DNA of 62,069 bases, the filler included, from Choristocarpus tenellus KU-1152 (taxonomy: Eukaryota > Protista > Phaeophyceae), in assembly GCA_964200185.2 (NCBI GenBank). It is 9 parts of 9 records of this genome, joined end to end, with 100 filler letters (N's around TTAATTAATTAA, not from the genome) between each part and the next. Parts side by side here need not be neighbours in the genome. Positions count along the whole stretch, not along the records: positions 25,002 to 27,655 come from CAXNAD020025925.1; positions 27,756 to 39,570 come from CAXNAD020002125.1; positions 39,671 to 42,770 come from CAXNAD020022334.1; 6 more parts are not named here. The stretch is one strand, 5' to 3'. Positions 26,555-39,767 of this stretch are shown piece after piece. Every line of letters begins with the position of its first letter. The stretch's first letter is position 1. The notes under the pieces were generated by a model. The model searched no databases and was not told where the DNA came from. It was given only the letters and a program-made list of their open reading frames with translations. The position numbers and the translations under genes are program-made.

Positions 26555-26813
26555 TAGTGAAAGCATTTTAGAGGGTACGAGTTTTGCCATGTTTGTCCAT
26601 TTGGGGTTTCGCTTCCCACGTTTTATTTTTTGACATTTTCCTACTCCGAAATGTTTCAGAGTAGGTAGAATGCATACGTTATGATTGTGCGTTGGGAACA
26701 AGGATATTGGCACTTCCTAAAAAACAAGATAGTCAAAATTATATCAAAATCGCAACATTGAATTTTGGCCCCCAAACGGATGCGGCCCTACCCTCTAAAA
26801 GATACTTTGACTT
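26555..26813. mobile_element. MITE family C copy, inverted relative to 26167-26429
   Basis: TAGTGAAAGCATTTTAGAGGGTA ... TACCCTCTAAAAGATACTTTGAC. Confidence 0.75.
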
Positions 26814-27367
26814 GAATCACTAACTATTGTACCACAAGCAAATCAATTGCGATGCTCCTGTTCCTTACTGCTTTGCTTCTTGTGCATTGGGTTCAGCACT
26901 ACCCGGCACTCCTTGCTGCTAGTTGACCCTACTTCGGATTTACCACCTCACCGGCCTTTCCTTGTCGTATAGCCCCAGATAGAATGGTACACAGGCGTAC
27001 AGAGGTACTCTAGAATTTATCAACATCAAGCGGTGTCTGGATCTTGGCTACCCCTCTCTTAGCTACATCGTCCGCGTTTTCTCTTTTTCCCTTTTCTTCG
27101 CTTTTCGTCGTTGACTTGTCGTATACTATTATTAATATTATTAATGGTATATTGATGTGGCTATGTATTGTTCCTCTGCATGACCTCTTCTGACCATTCA
27201 TTGGCCCTCTAGGGAAACCCTTGGTCAAGTTCGTACGAAATATATCTAATTCGAATTTTGTCAACCGACCAACAATTAGTTGGATCGAGTGAGCACCAAA
27301 ATATCATAACAGTAGTGAGAGAGAAGAAGAAATTAATCTTAGAGAGTCAAGTCTCCACCCTGTTATA

Positions 27368-27449
27368 CGACGACGGCAGGACTCGAACCTGCGCGCGGAA
27401 ACCGCAATTGATTTCGAGTCAATCCCCTTAACCACTCGGGCACGTCGTC
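27368..27449 (-). tRNA. tRNA-Ser(CGA)
   Basis: GACGACG TG CCCGAGTGGTTAAGGG G ATTGA CT-CGA-AA TCAAT TGCGGTTTCCGCGC GCAGG TTCGAGT CCTGC CGTCGTC G. Perfect stems, long variable arm, G73 discriminator, 82 nt. Confidence 0.97.
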
Positions 27450-27585
27450 CAATCCACCCACGACCAACAGTTCGCCCCCCCCCTCTCATATCACCTTCCT
27501 GCGTTTCTCCCATTCTAACCGGAAAAAAACGAAATCGACCTCCTCCACCAACCATCACCATATGCCAAACAATCGCCACACTCTA

Positions 27586-27655
27586 GAGCCAAAGTATCTT
27601 AGAGGGTAGAGCCGCGTCCATTTGGGGATCAAAATACAATGTTGTGATTTTGATG
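27586..27655. mobile_element. MITE family C end, truncated by spacer
   Basis: GAGCCAAAGTATCTTAGAGGGTAGAGCCGCGTCC. Confidence 0.7.
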
Positions 27656-30093
27656 NNNNNNNNNNNNNNNNNNNNNNNNNNNNNNNNNNNNNNNNNNNNT
27701 TAATTAATTAANNNNNNNNNNNNNNNNNNNNNNNNNNNNNNNNNNNNNNNNNNNNCCCCCCCCCAAGATACTTTGACCAATTGTGATGCCTTATATTGGT
27801 CGTGCTTGATTGTTCGGTCATTTTTACATACCCCAATCAAAGCAATGAAATGAATATAAACGATGTGAGATATCTAGCATATTCAATGATCTTTCTATTA
27901 AGGCGTCCCTTGCGAGACTTGTCTCAGGCTTGTGAGTTTGAGCTACATATCCCATCATGGTAAGCTTGCCAAGCTTTCTGTAAATGCATTGCAGTGCAGA
28001 GGGTAGATCCCCTGTCTTCTGGAGGCTCCACAGTCCTTGGGGAATCCCCACAATAATACTCTTTTTACTTCTTCACACGCACTTTTGAAAACCTAACCCT
28101 ATCTCAAACCCTAGCCCTAATCCTAACACTTGTGCGTGGGAAGTATCCCTAAGAAGCCAAGGAAACAATATAGAATTGGTGAAGGGGTGTTGTGTGGACT
28201 GGGGAACCACAACCTCTCAAGGATCCACTACTTTCCACTTTTTACACTCTTTTTCGAGAATCTAACTCCAACCCTAACCCTATTCCTAACGGTAATCTCT
28301 GTGTGAGAAATAACCTTAACAAGTAGAAAAAGTAGACAACAGTTAGTGGTGTAGTTCCCCCCTAAAAGTGAAGGGTCCTGAAATCAGGGGGTCTCCACTC
28401 TGCGCTGCAATTGTAATGTACAGGTTCAGGTTCCCCCAAAAAAGTGGGGCCTCCCTAAGACAGGGAATCTCCCCTGCCCACTATTCTATTGGATACCATT
28501 AACTTTTTATCTGGAAACTTCTCCACTACCTTCAACCTACCTATCTCTTTACTTTGGCATCACATCCCAGTTCACACACCATGACCCTTATTTCTACCCA
28601 CCTTACTCCTGCACTAAAAACTATGCAGTTTGTGACATGTTGTATCTTCACTTCAATGTAATAGAGATCAATAAGTATTTTTTTCCAACACTACTATATG
28701 TGCCCTCCATCTCATAATTTTCCGTCCTTTCTTGAGTTCACCAATCCTTTCATCTTCTCCCCCAAATAGTTCCTCCGTCCCTAACGAATCTTCTCTGCCA
28801 CTATATAGATCTTCCGTGTCTCATTTTTTTGCTCAACATAAAAAGTATGTATCTATAAAAATATTTTTGGTAACACTATTCTGTGTTTTGCATCAATATT
28901 TCTTGTTCTTCTTTCAGTTCACCAATCCCTTCATCACCTTCTTCCCTTGTGTAGTTCCTCCGTCCCTAACGAATCTTCTCTACCACGATCTAGATCTTCC
29001 CCTTCCTATTTTTCTGCTCAATATAAAAAATAACATTTCATGTGACTGTACTGTTCGAAATATCCATACTCGGAAATGCGACCAATATATACTCCATTAA
29101 GAGATGCCTAAGTTAGAATAGTGGTTCCTTCAACATAAAATGTTGTTGGTATGCTGGACATGAAAGGTTAAGTAATCTAATTTTTAGGGTTTTGGTGTAA
29201 CACCAGTAATTACCAACATTCTAAAGTTGAAAATATTACTTAAAATGAGCAAGTACGATGTAACTGACCTGATAATAATTGCGGTGAAACAAAATCCAAT
29301 TCAAAAACATTCTTCCACTTCCAAGAATGTCACTTCAATATTCTGGTAACAGGTAGGTAACCTTTCTATATTTTAGATATATGTATATAGTATGTAAGAG
29401 TAGGGAGGAGGATAGAATTCTGTTATGAGGAGGGGAGGTGTATGTGTATCTCTCACCACCTTCGAATGTTGATCCGAAGTTTCTTGAAAATATTCTTGTG
29501 GTAGTAGAAACAAATTGTACCACAAAATCGGAAATATCCATACGGTCAGGATTTGGGTAAGTATTAGGGATTTTTTTCCTGTCGAGACCAAACTTTTTGT
29601 TATATACCGAACATAAGAGAAATATACCGTCAACTGGTTTTCTCTCCTGTATATTATATTTATAATATTTATATTCTCCCTCATATCATACCGTGTAGTA
29701 AATTGAAAAGCAATTACTGTGTAACAGTGCCATATGTACATAGATTTTTGTCGGGTTAAATATAGGTGATTATTCTGACTTTCGATCGGTGTGATGCCAA
29801 TAGCTGTTGCGATATCCAGGTAGTCGCTGAAAAATAGACTCTTTCCTTCGTCAATAATATGAAATACACAACAAACTTGAATAAAAATACGTCAATAAAT
29901 CGCCATATTTTTTGGTTATATAATACAACTCCCCTATCCAATAGGAAAGAGTACAGAAAGATATGGGTTTGTGTAGGAGTATTGATTCGTTGGTCACAAC
30001 CAAAAACGTCAAAACCAAGACCCGCACAAGACACAACATCAAACTTCCCCACCCCTTCATCGATAAAGCAACGTTGCTCTCTCTTGTCTCAAC

Positions 30094-32430
30094 ATGCCCT
30101 ATGAAACTTCAGACACGACAGTCGAAATTCCGGACAAGGAGCTTTGGGCCAAGGAGTTACCGGAAAGATTCAGTACCGAGTTCGCTCGCGTGATGGCACG
30201 AGACGGCAAGCCAGTAGAGTATCAAACACTGACAAGACTTTATTCACTCCTTCTGTGGAAAGTGGACTGGATTGTAGACAACGATCCATGGGCAGGTTAC
30301 AACCCTGAAACAGATGGCGACCCTGAGGAAGGTCAGCGACTATACACGTTACATCGTCCTGCATTAATCTCTTAGGTTGCGAGTTCATGAGCACCCCAAG
30401 TACAACTTTAAACGTTTGTGGTCATCGTCCCTATCTCTCCGAACTCCTTGAACTCCCACCATGCTCTACTATTTCCTGCTTGTTGTGTGCTTCCGTACAA
30501 TTCAGGAAATTGAAGAGAAAAAAAATGTCACAGAGAGCCTTGCATCACCCATCGATTTCCCTTTTTCTCTATTGCTGCACCGTTTCGTCGCCTCTTTCAT
30601 TTCAGCAACTACAAGGTTTGCTCTGTCGGTGCCTATCTATTATCTCACATACTTGGGGATCATAGCGAAATTTACCTTACTCTATGACGTATCTTTTCCA
30701 CCACCTTGTCATGTTGCCTTGCCCCTCCAGCACACACGAAGTACCTTGATATGCAGAAGTCCCAAGCTTTCAAGGAGAGTTACGATGTGTCCAAGTTCGG
30801 GACAGTGATGAAGATATCGCCTACCTCCCAGACTATTTACACAGAACTGGTGAACGAGGTATGCCACGAATATTTGCCCAGCCATAGTAGTCCAAAGTAA
30901 TTTTTTGGGGGCATTATCAGTTTGATATGACGACAGGAGACATGAACCCATGACAAGGAAAGAGAAACGAATCTCGTTGTCTGGTTGAATCTATTGAACT
31001 CAGTTCTCTTCTTCCTACTGGTATGCGGAATACACGCTGGAAAAGCTTGTAAAATATTGGAGTCGGTGGTCTATTGTTTGTACGAAGTAAAGTTGCTCGA
31101 TGTTAGCATGGCCAAGGCAAAACGCCTGCAGTGCCATACATTCCACTCTTTCATGCAAAGTGACTGATACAGGCTGACCCCACGTCCCCACAGGCTGAAG
31201 CTCGTTTCAAAAAGGACCACAAAGCTGTAATGATGGAGATCGACAGGTGTATTTCCAACTTTCTTGTATTTAACCGCCTGCTCGCGACTCCGGAAGGGGT
31301 TGAAGCTGCTCTACAGAAAGTGCCACTGGATAGGTATCTTGAATATCGAAAGTGGACCGGTGCTCTGACCCCCTGTTCTGGTGTGTTTTGGACCGGCGAA
31401 GAATGGTCGAAGGTGAGCCAGTCGCTTGTTGTGTTGTTTCTTGTCGATCCCCTATCAAACTTTGTGCCAGGACTGATCAAATCCTTAAAGCTGTACATGA
31501 TCAATGATGGACACGAGAGGCGATTGAATTATTGGTACGGACATGATATGTAGCTCAAGCTGTGCCAATTTCTACCTACTACTACTGTGCCAGATACATT
31601 GCCGATTGCGGTACTAGATACTCCTTCTGAAACAATTTAACAATAATGTTTCTAATACAGACGGCAATTGTAATGGCGACTGTTTCAACAAATGCTTGGT
31701 CAACATGACACTCGGAAAGAAAATGTCAATATATATTTATATTCCAACGATTGATCAAGCTTTTTATGCTTCTGCAGTATTGTTGCTGCTCAGGACTAGT
31801 GGCGACCCGATGATTTAACCCACTCATACGACTGTATGCGACATTGATTTAACGCAAGAGACAAGGGAGGTAAGGTTCTGGAAATCGTAATGTATCCTGT
31901 ACCCGCTATGCCCTGTTCCGCAGGAAGAGGCTGAAGAAACGGCCAAGGCGGCTGCAGCTCTCAATGACATTTACGACTATCACCGAGATAAGATGGAAAA
32001 TCATTTGATCCTGAGGCATTACTTCGATACTGATGAGGAGATGATTCTCTTTGTGAGGGACTATTGGTATGAAGTGCGGAGTCGTATTGGGGAGGAATCG
32101 AGAGGATGGATGGACCGCTGGATGGTGTACCAGCAAGACGAAGAGGTTCAGGCTGGAAGAGGATTTGACCGTCAGTGGTACGGCCGCCTCAACAAGCACT
32201 TTTCTTGAAGATATTTCTCTTGGAACTGACTCGAAGGACCTATCCAAAAGCTGGGCACGACAGGGTTTTCACAGGGGTCTTTCTTTGCGCCGGTTCCCGA
32301 GTAAGTTGGAAATTTTATCCTTCAGCTGGCTGGGAAATTGGCAATCCGTGGATGGGGCAGAATGAGGTTGTGCGAATTTACGGTAAATGGTGTCCGCAGT
32401 TCAATTATACCGTCAAGTATTATACAATTT
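30094..32430 (+). pseudogene. Decayed coding region(s) of unknown family, possibly TE- or virus-derived
   Basis: Same-strand protein-like segments 30094-30375, ~30730-30900, ~30940-31020, ~31165-31553 and ~31905-32208, broken by stops and frameshifts. TATA-like TTATATAAT near 29916. No domain recognised. Confidence 0.4.
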
Positions 32431-35400
32431 AGTCATACCGTACGCCAACCAAACCCTAACCCTATTTTTATAACATTCCTACACTATGAAAAAGTGCAGT
32501 CCATACTTCAACTCCGTAGCCAGAATGCTGAACAAATGTAGATTATGAAGAGGAAGCTCAAGAAGAGTCACTGTGGCTGTTTCATCTGCTTGTTCTAGGT
32601 GCAAGGCCATCGAGAACCATCAAGTTTCATTGTGGGACTGGTAGTATTGCACGGTATCATAGGGTATAAACATATTTTGGGGATAACTGTGATTTCAAGC
32701 AAGTAAATGATTTTGAGTTACAATTGTACTATTTTGGGGTGGATTTGAGGAAAAAGATCGTGTGGATGTGGTCATTTCTGTATTGCCCTCCTTTATGTTG
32801 TGAAACAAATGCAAATGTATTCAATGTATTCAATGCATTCAACGTATTTATATCAACAGATGTTTGGTCTTCTTGTCCACACGTACAGAAACCCAACTCT
32901 GCCCATCAACGTTCTGGCCTTAGAGTGTTGATTTTCTGTGTCCTTTTCAGTATATTTGTGGTGGTAAATATAGGTTAGCGACTGCCTAAGTGTCGACTCT
33001 ATTGGGGAGAATACACTTTCGGGCCTTGACTATTTGTGCATACAGGAGTAGTATATTAAGGAATTTTGGAAGTGACTTCAAATACGTGCCAAGAGGTCTC
33101 GCAACCCATGTTGATGGAGCACTGCACTATAAATGACTGTTAGTGTGAAGTTGTAGATATAATCCATAAATCTCGTTTGTTCTGCATATTGCAGGATCCT
33201 GTAGGGCATCAACACCTGAGGGTTGGACATATATCAGGGCGCTTGTTTTCATTTTGTATATGTGCAAATTTGACATTTTTTTTATTGTATGTAAAGAGAG
33301 GGTGAGCACGGGGAGAAGAATGAGGACTGGCAATGGGGCTATTCTTGAATGTGCATCCAGCACAGATGTGAGTCTGAGATTTTGCAACATTAACAGATGG
33401 CCGGGCGAACAAGTGTAAGGATGGACTCTTTTATAATTTGTACTCGTACAGTAAGCAGATCAAAGCAATGTTGCTACGACTATGAGTTGACTGATGAACA
33501 GAAAAACAAACTAAATATCGAAAACAATAATAAAAGACACACATGCATTATATTTGATGTGACAAAAAAAATACTTTTTTAATTGACACTTCTTGTGTGT
33601 GTCCCTTTACAAGATCTCTGGAAAATATCCGTCACATGGAACATAAATAAGCCTTGTTCTGTCGTGTGTGCTGTACATGCTTTGGGCGCACATATCCTCT
33701 GCCTCTCAATGCCACCAGTCCTTACGGCACTTGCAGATTGTAACTCTGGATATAATACCAGCAATGATCACATCGGTCAATAACTCCTCCTAAATAACTC
33801 TTTTTTGTGTTACCGACAGACAACATTTTGTATCTAAATCATTCTTCATATTGTACCAAACAACTGGTTCCTTGACTTGTACTGCTTTGTCCTACTTGGT
33901 ACTTCTTTTGTGTAGTACACCAACCATACAATGTCAAATATATATTCAGTATCACACAGTGTGTCAATAGCACAACACACAAACTACTATTTGACATAAT
34001 CCCCCCTGGTCCTTGCCACATAGAGAGATACCACTGCAGTTATTACTGGTCAAGAGCAATTTCACTATCACCCAAGGAGTCAATAGCACAAATCGCCAAC
34101 CTCTGACATGTTACAGTCCTTCCAATAGGGAGTAGAATTAATACGATGCAAGCTCAGGGTGAGATCATGGTATTTGCATCATTTCGAGATACTATGTCAG
34201 GAAAGAGTGTATCTTATGGATGAAAGTTAGGCCTAGGTTCACAATTCAACTCATCAACATAGGAAAGTGGTACTGGAAGGAGGTCGTGCGACCTCTGGTG
34301 CAGTCTGGAGTATGGTCTGTTGACCACTGTACCTGCTCTTCACAGACAAGGATTTTAGTTTCTCATTCCACCATTGGGGGATCACTTGATTGTATGAAGT
34401 CCTGAGATAACCACAGAAAAAGGTCAATTTAGTGCTTAAGCCAAAAACAAGAGCATTCCAGGTGTGTCCCGTCCTTCCACACTACTACTGACCCTCGTGT
34501 TGATTGGTGAGCACTGTATCAAAGCAACATTTGGCTTGAGTCTACTGGCTAGCACCGCTGAGTCAGGAGGCGGGGAAGAAATAGTAGGATTTCTTTGTAC
34601 ATCTCTACACACGATGCTACACTACTATTCTTGTGGTAGAGGGGGGCATTGTGTGTTGCAACTGCAGATTTGTTGTAGATACATATCAATCATATATACT
34701 GTCTGTATCCAGTATAATAGCAAATTCCAACACACATACGCACACCACAGTCATTCTTGTCGTACTAGGAGTACCACACACAATAAATTTGCCATTTCCT
34801 TACTCCCCCCAGAGTATATACGTCCGTCTAAGCGGGTTTGCAGCCTGGCAACGCCTATTACATCCACATAAATACAATGCGGGCATAAAAAGTAGAACCA
34901 TTGAAACGTCAATCGAAGAGAGAGGGTTCGTCTTAAAAAAACTAAGAAAAAAAAGTATTACTATGGAGTACCCAAAATAAGGACCCTGTACATCAACACT
35001 ATGTGGTCCAATTAGCAGACCGACTCATGTAAAGACAAATCACTTGGTCCAACCCTCCCAGTTATATGTGTTTGAGCTTTCTTACTTTAAGAAAGATTTC
35101 GTGATTTATAGCGAAACATTTTTTGAATTCTGCATGCTTTGAAGGAAAACACGTTGGACGAAGAAAATATAAAACACTTGAGAAAAAAGATGGCACGCTT
35201 GAATGCCAGGTATAGTGCGCAAGTTAATCACTCAGGCGCTTGGGGTAAGATCCGTGTAATGCAATATTATGTAGTTGTTGGTGCAGAGAACAGGATAAAG
35301 AAATACTCCAAAGTAGTACAAATCAATCAGTTCAACAAATCACCCAAATTCGGTCTGTACTGCAGATCTCGAGTGATAAGCATGCAAGAACCTTGTCTTT

Positions 35401-35879
35401 GCCCTGGATTGCAACAAACAGACGTCCCCTCTGATCCACTCCCTTATGATTTCGACCCCAGGTCAAGAAATCGGGTTGCCACTTTAACATTGGGAGGCAA
35501 AGTATGACTCAGCCTTACGTATTTATCACAATCCTGTGTCTCAGTCTTGCGTTCTTCTGGCGATCTATCTCTACAGTGACATCATCATCCCCACTACTTG
35601 TAGGTGCTTCCAGCACAAGTTGTTGTGTGTCGATGGTGAGACCTGCTCAGGCGGAGGACCTTGCTACCCGAAGAAGATTCGGCACAGATAAATACCGTTT
35701 ATGGAGTAACGTCTATAGGGGTGTGGTTAGGGACGATGTTGGAAATATGGAACCATCTATAACAAAATAAATCTCTAAATGAAATGTTTTGCTTCAATTT
35801 ATAGATTACCACTATCCATAATCACTTCAAATTTTGAGCCATTTTATACCTTATATAATTTATAGGGCTTTTCACCAGG

Positions 35880-36550
35880 CAGAGTTGTTAGCATGTCCAC
35901 TGTCCGCCATATGGCCCCACCCTGGTCCGTGGCCCAGCCATGTTGAAACCATCAATGCCCACGGACTCGGTCATGTAGAAACTTAGATATACAAGGTTAT
36001 TGGCGACCCTGGGCATGTTGAGAGAGTGATGGACATGAACTCGGAGATGTTTTTGAACTTGGTTGCACATGACCGACCAGTGACCCTGGTCATGTCCAGT
36101 AAGCGATGGGCATGGACTCGGGCATATAAGAACATTTTATCTATGGGTAATACTTCTTTTTCACTAGGGTTGACCACGTCATAGTCATGCCTCCTATTTT
36201 TTATTTTTCTAACCATTGTTGAATATTGTATCCAAAATTTCAAATTTGTATTGTAAGTACTAAATATATTATCTTCTGCAGGGATATATATGTTATATTA
36301 TATTTTTTGTTTAGAATACTAAAATTCTAAAATTAATTCCAATACAGTGTTGCATATAACACATGAACACAGCCTGGACATGCCAAGAAATCGAATTAAT
36401 ATACAACCATGGTCCCCACATGCAAGGAAAAAAGTTGGACTGGTCAGGAGGTGGACATGGACCAGTACAATACTCTGTGGACATGGACTGAGAAATGTTA
36501 AAAAACTGTCGAACCGGTTCGGATATGGACATGGTCTGATTCAACACCTA
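35880..36550. mobile_element. Probable non-autonomous hAT-like element rich in GGACATG/CATGTCC subterminal motifs
   Basis: Ends CAGAGTTG... and ...CAACACCTA; many (G)GACATG-like motifs in both orientations around an AT-rich core. Confidence 0.4.
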
Positions 36551-39500
36551 GTGAGCATGGACTGCGACATATTAAATAATTGTGGGATCGGTCCGGCCAG
36601 CAGACGGGATTTTTCTATATTGCTGGCAGGCCCAGTGAAAAGCCCTAATAGTTGGGGATTTTTATACCAGATCTACCCATAGTTTTCGCAGCATCCTTAG
36701 GGCTGAGTGAACTCATCGCTCCACTTTCGTTGGATTTTCACGTTGTCTCTGGGCTACTTCTCTTCGCCAATGTCCCAGGTATAGTTTTTCAGATTATTCC
36801 CCTTGTCCACCCACTGACACCCCTAGTTAGAGACCAAATCTACCTTCGACTTGTTAAAACAGATAAAATAATATTTGTCAATATATCCTCAAGGGGGGTG
36901 CCATAGATCTCAAGGGACCTCTGTCATGGTTTTCTTTTTTTGGCGTCATGTGTGTGATTGTATATCTCGACAGCAGGCGATTTCCTTTATCTGGACACCC
37001 TTTCCTCGAAATCGTTCTGTGCTTGTGAAATTAATGCTTTCATTGTTTCAAGAATTTTGTTTTACTATTATGTGGAGCACCCTCTTACAGCATGAAGTTT
37101 GATGTTTTTCAGTCCCTCGTTTATGTAGAGCAGTTCACATGTTTCCCTGATCGGTCAGCAGATGTTTATATCCCATGAAAAGTCTCGAATCCCCTATCTC
37201 TAGTTCCCGAGGGCATGAAAAGAAAGCGAGGAATAGTAGGAGGATTGAGCAAGCCACCGACCTATCTGTGTCAACCACAAAATTAGTTAGCAGTAGGGAG
37301 ATACTGGTAGTCACCGACGACTGACTTTTTGCTCAACAGGATTTCAGGATTTTCAGGATTAGTCAGAACCCACGAGAGTATATGCTTCCATTTATAAACG
37401 CCTGAAAAACCTTCTGAGTCGCCGAGAGAAAATGGTATTAATGCAGTGGGCGTAACCTTTTGACTAACACAATTTAGAACACTTTTTAGTGAGTAGGCGC
37501 AAGAACTTGTCTCAAACGCTAATTTTCTAGGCACTCTCAAATATCGTCGTTCTATGGAGTGTGATACATCATCACACCCACTAAAAGAGCTCAACAGCAT
37601 TATTTTAATGGTATTGTTTGCACTGGTGATGTAATGTTTACACTTCTTTCAAATAATGTCTTTGAAGAAATTAAGGGATGAAGTCGAATTGTAGACATAG
37701 GACCTGCGTTACGTTGTAGAAAGTCAAGATACCTGGGAAGTTTCTCGGTTTTGACTCTCACTAAAAGGTCGTGCTTAATGGATTGCTGGTATTGACTTGT
37801 TCAACAGAAGGATAAAAACTCTCCACAAGGGACCTCAACCTATTGGTAATCACCACCCACTCTGATTCGTTCTGCGAGAGGATGCTAATTTCGCGAGTGT
37901 ACACATTGTCACGGTTGGTACTGTATTATTTTCCCAGTATCCACAACATTGTCGCTGTTGTTTTCAATGTTGTTGAAGATATGGTAGTAGTGTCAAGTAA
38001 GAAATACATGCCTTATTGACCGAGAAGCCTCCTACTTCGAAGTATATAGTTGTGTCACTTTGGTCCGGGGTGTACAACAGCTATACTACATAGACTACTA
38101 TTTGTGAGAGTAGCGAAGGCTCGACCAAGATCAAAGTCGGGAGAAGAAAGGAGGTAGAAGCAGCACACAAACCCTATTGCTTGAGCATTGAAGACAAAAG
38201 CTGTGAAAATTGAAAGAGTGACTGGTATACAGAACCAAACCAATTGAGAGGCAGGTAAAGTTTTATTTGAAGGATTCCCAAAAGGAAAAAATGTTCCATT
38301 TTCACAATTGCAGAGACATTGCTTAATTATGGTATCACTTTGTATGTGGAAAGGGGGTATACCATTTTTCGTACACTATTGTGCACATAAAGCAATGAAA
38401 TAAAGTGTATTGTACAGGGTAAGAAAGATGGCTTAAGAATGGCAAAGTGTCCAAACCCGCCTACCTCTCAATTGGTTTGGCTTACACCCTTGCACACCTT
38501 TCTTTATTGTTATTACTACAGGATTTCTTCACCAAATCCACATATTGCATAAAATGAAAATATATCTACCTTGTCAACACTCTGGCCATATACTAAAACA
38601 TTACCATCACTATCATACCAGTATCATCTTAAAAAATACCAATACATTCTCGGTCTCCCTGTATGTACAATCTCAATAGTAACATAGGATGGACTATAGC
38701 CAAGTATAGACTCACACACACAAAATATTAATATCTCCTCAGAAGCACGTCCTATTATGCACACTCCCCCATGAGAGGACACGCTAGAACCAAGTTGCTG
38801 ATACTTTCACTCAAGTCTTACCAACACAAATGAATGCACTCTAGCATTTACTACCTACACAATATTTTAGTGAGGATGTCTCTGCAAGATGGTTTGAGGT
38901 AGATACGAACTGCCCTTTGAACAAACCTATACTTATGTACTCACGGGTATACTTCAGTATCACGTGCACATCAGGCCTAGTCCTATCGTAAGAAAACAAA
39001 AAACACAATATCTGCATGAATGGCCCCCCACTTGTCCCCAACCAAGTTCTCGTCCCTTGTTGCAGACGAAGCTCCCGCAGAATCTTTTGTACGATAAAAT
39101 ACAATACCTCATCCTATGTGCCAATTGCAGTTCATTCAGCTTCCATACTTGAAAAAATTACTTCTCTCACTGCAGCTTTGATCTCCAATCAGGGGGTGCT
39201 CCAATAAATACTCCAAAATGTCTTGAAATAATCCATCTCAAAGCAGGGTCATTTGCCCAGTACAATTCCCCGTACCCAGTAAATCATTTCCTGTCCCTCT
39301 TTCTGCTACAGTACCCAAATATACCCTGAATCTTGTTCGTGAGCCTAAACTTACTCCGCTGCCTTCTCCAATAAAAAGACCCGATAGTCATATTTAAATG
39401 ACACATTATCTTCAGGTGGCCCTTCTTATCGCCTTCGAAAAACTCTTTCTTCAGCGAATAAACAGTCAGTATTGCTGTGCGCGCATTGTGATCCGCACTT

Positions 39501-39734
39501 GGGTTGCTCGCTTAGCCTGGAATATTTGAGCTGTCCGAGGTTAGACCCAAAGTATCTGGGAGGGGGGGGGNNNNNNNNNNNNNNNNNNNNNNNNNNNNNN
39601 NNNNNNNNNNNNNNTTAATTAATTAANNNNNNNNNNNNNNNNNNNNNNNNNNNNNNNNNNNNNNNNNNNNGTCGACCCCCGCGCCCCCCCCTTCCCTCCC
39701 TCTCCCCCTCTCCGCCTTTTTTGGTGGGTTGTGT

Positions 39735-39767
<33 letters not shown>

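Noticed and set aside
27824-28051. GIPQG motif suggesting a LINE reverse transcriptase
   Set aside because: No following SPxLF or YADD motif in the frames I checked.
35139-35770. Two + strand ORFs with an operon-like ATGA stop/start overlap
   Set aside because: Neither peptide has recognisable motifs and the first lacks an ATG start. Probably chance within TE debris.
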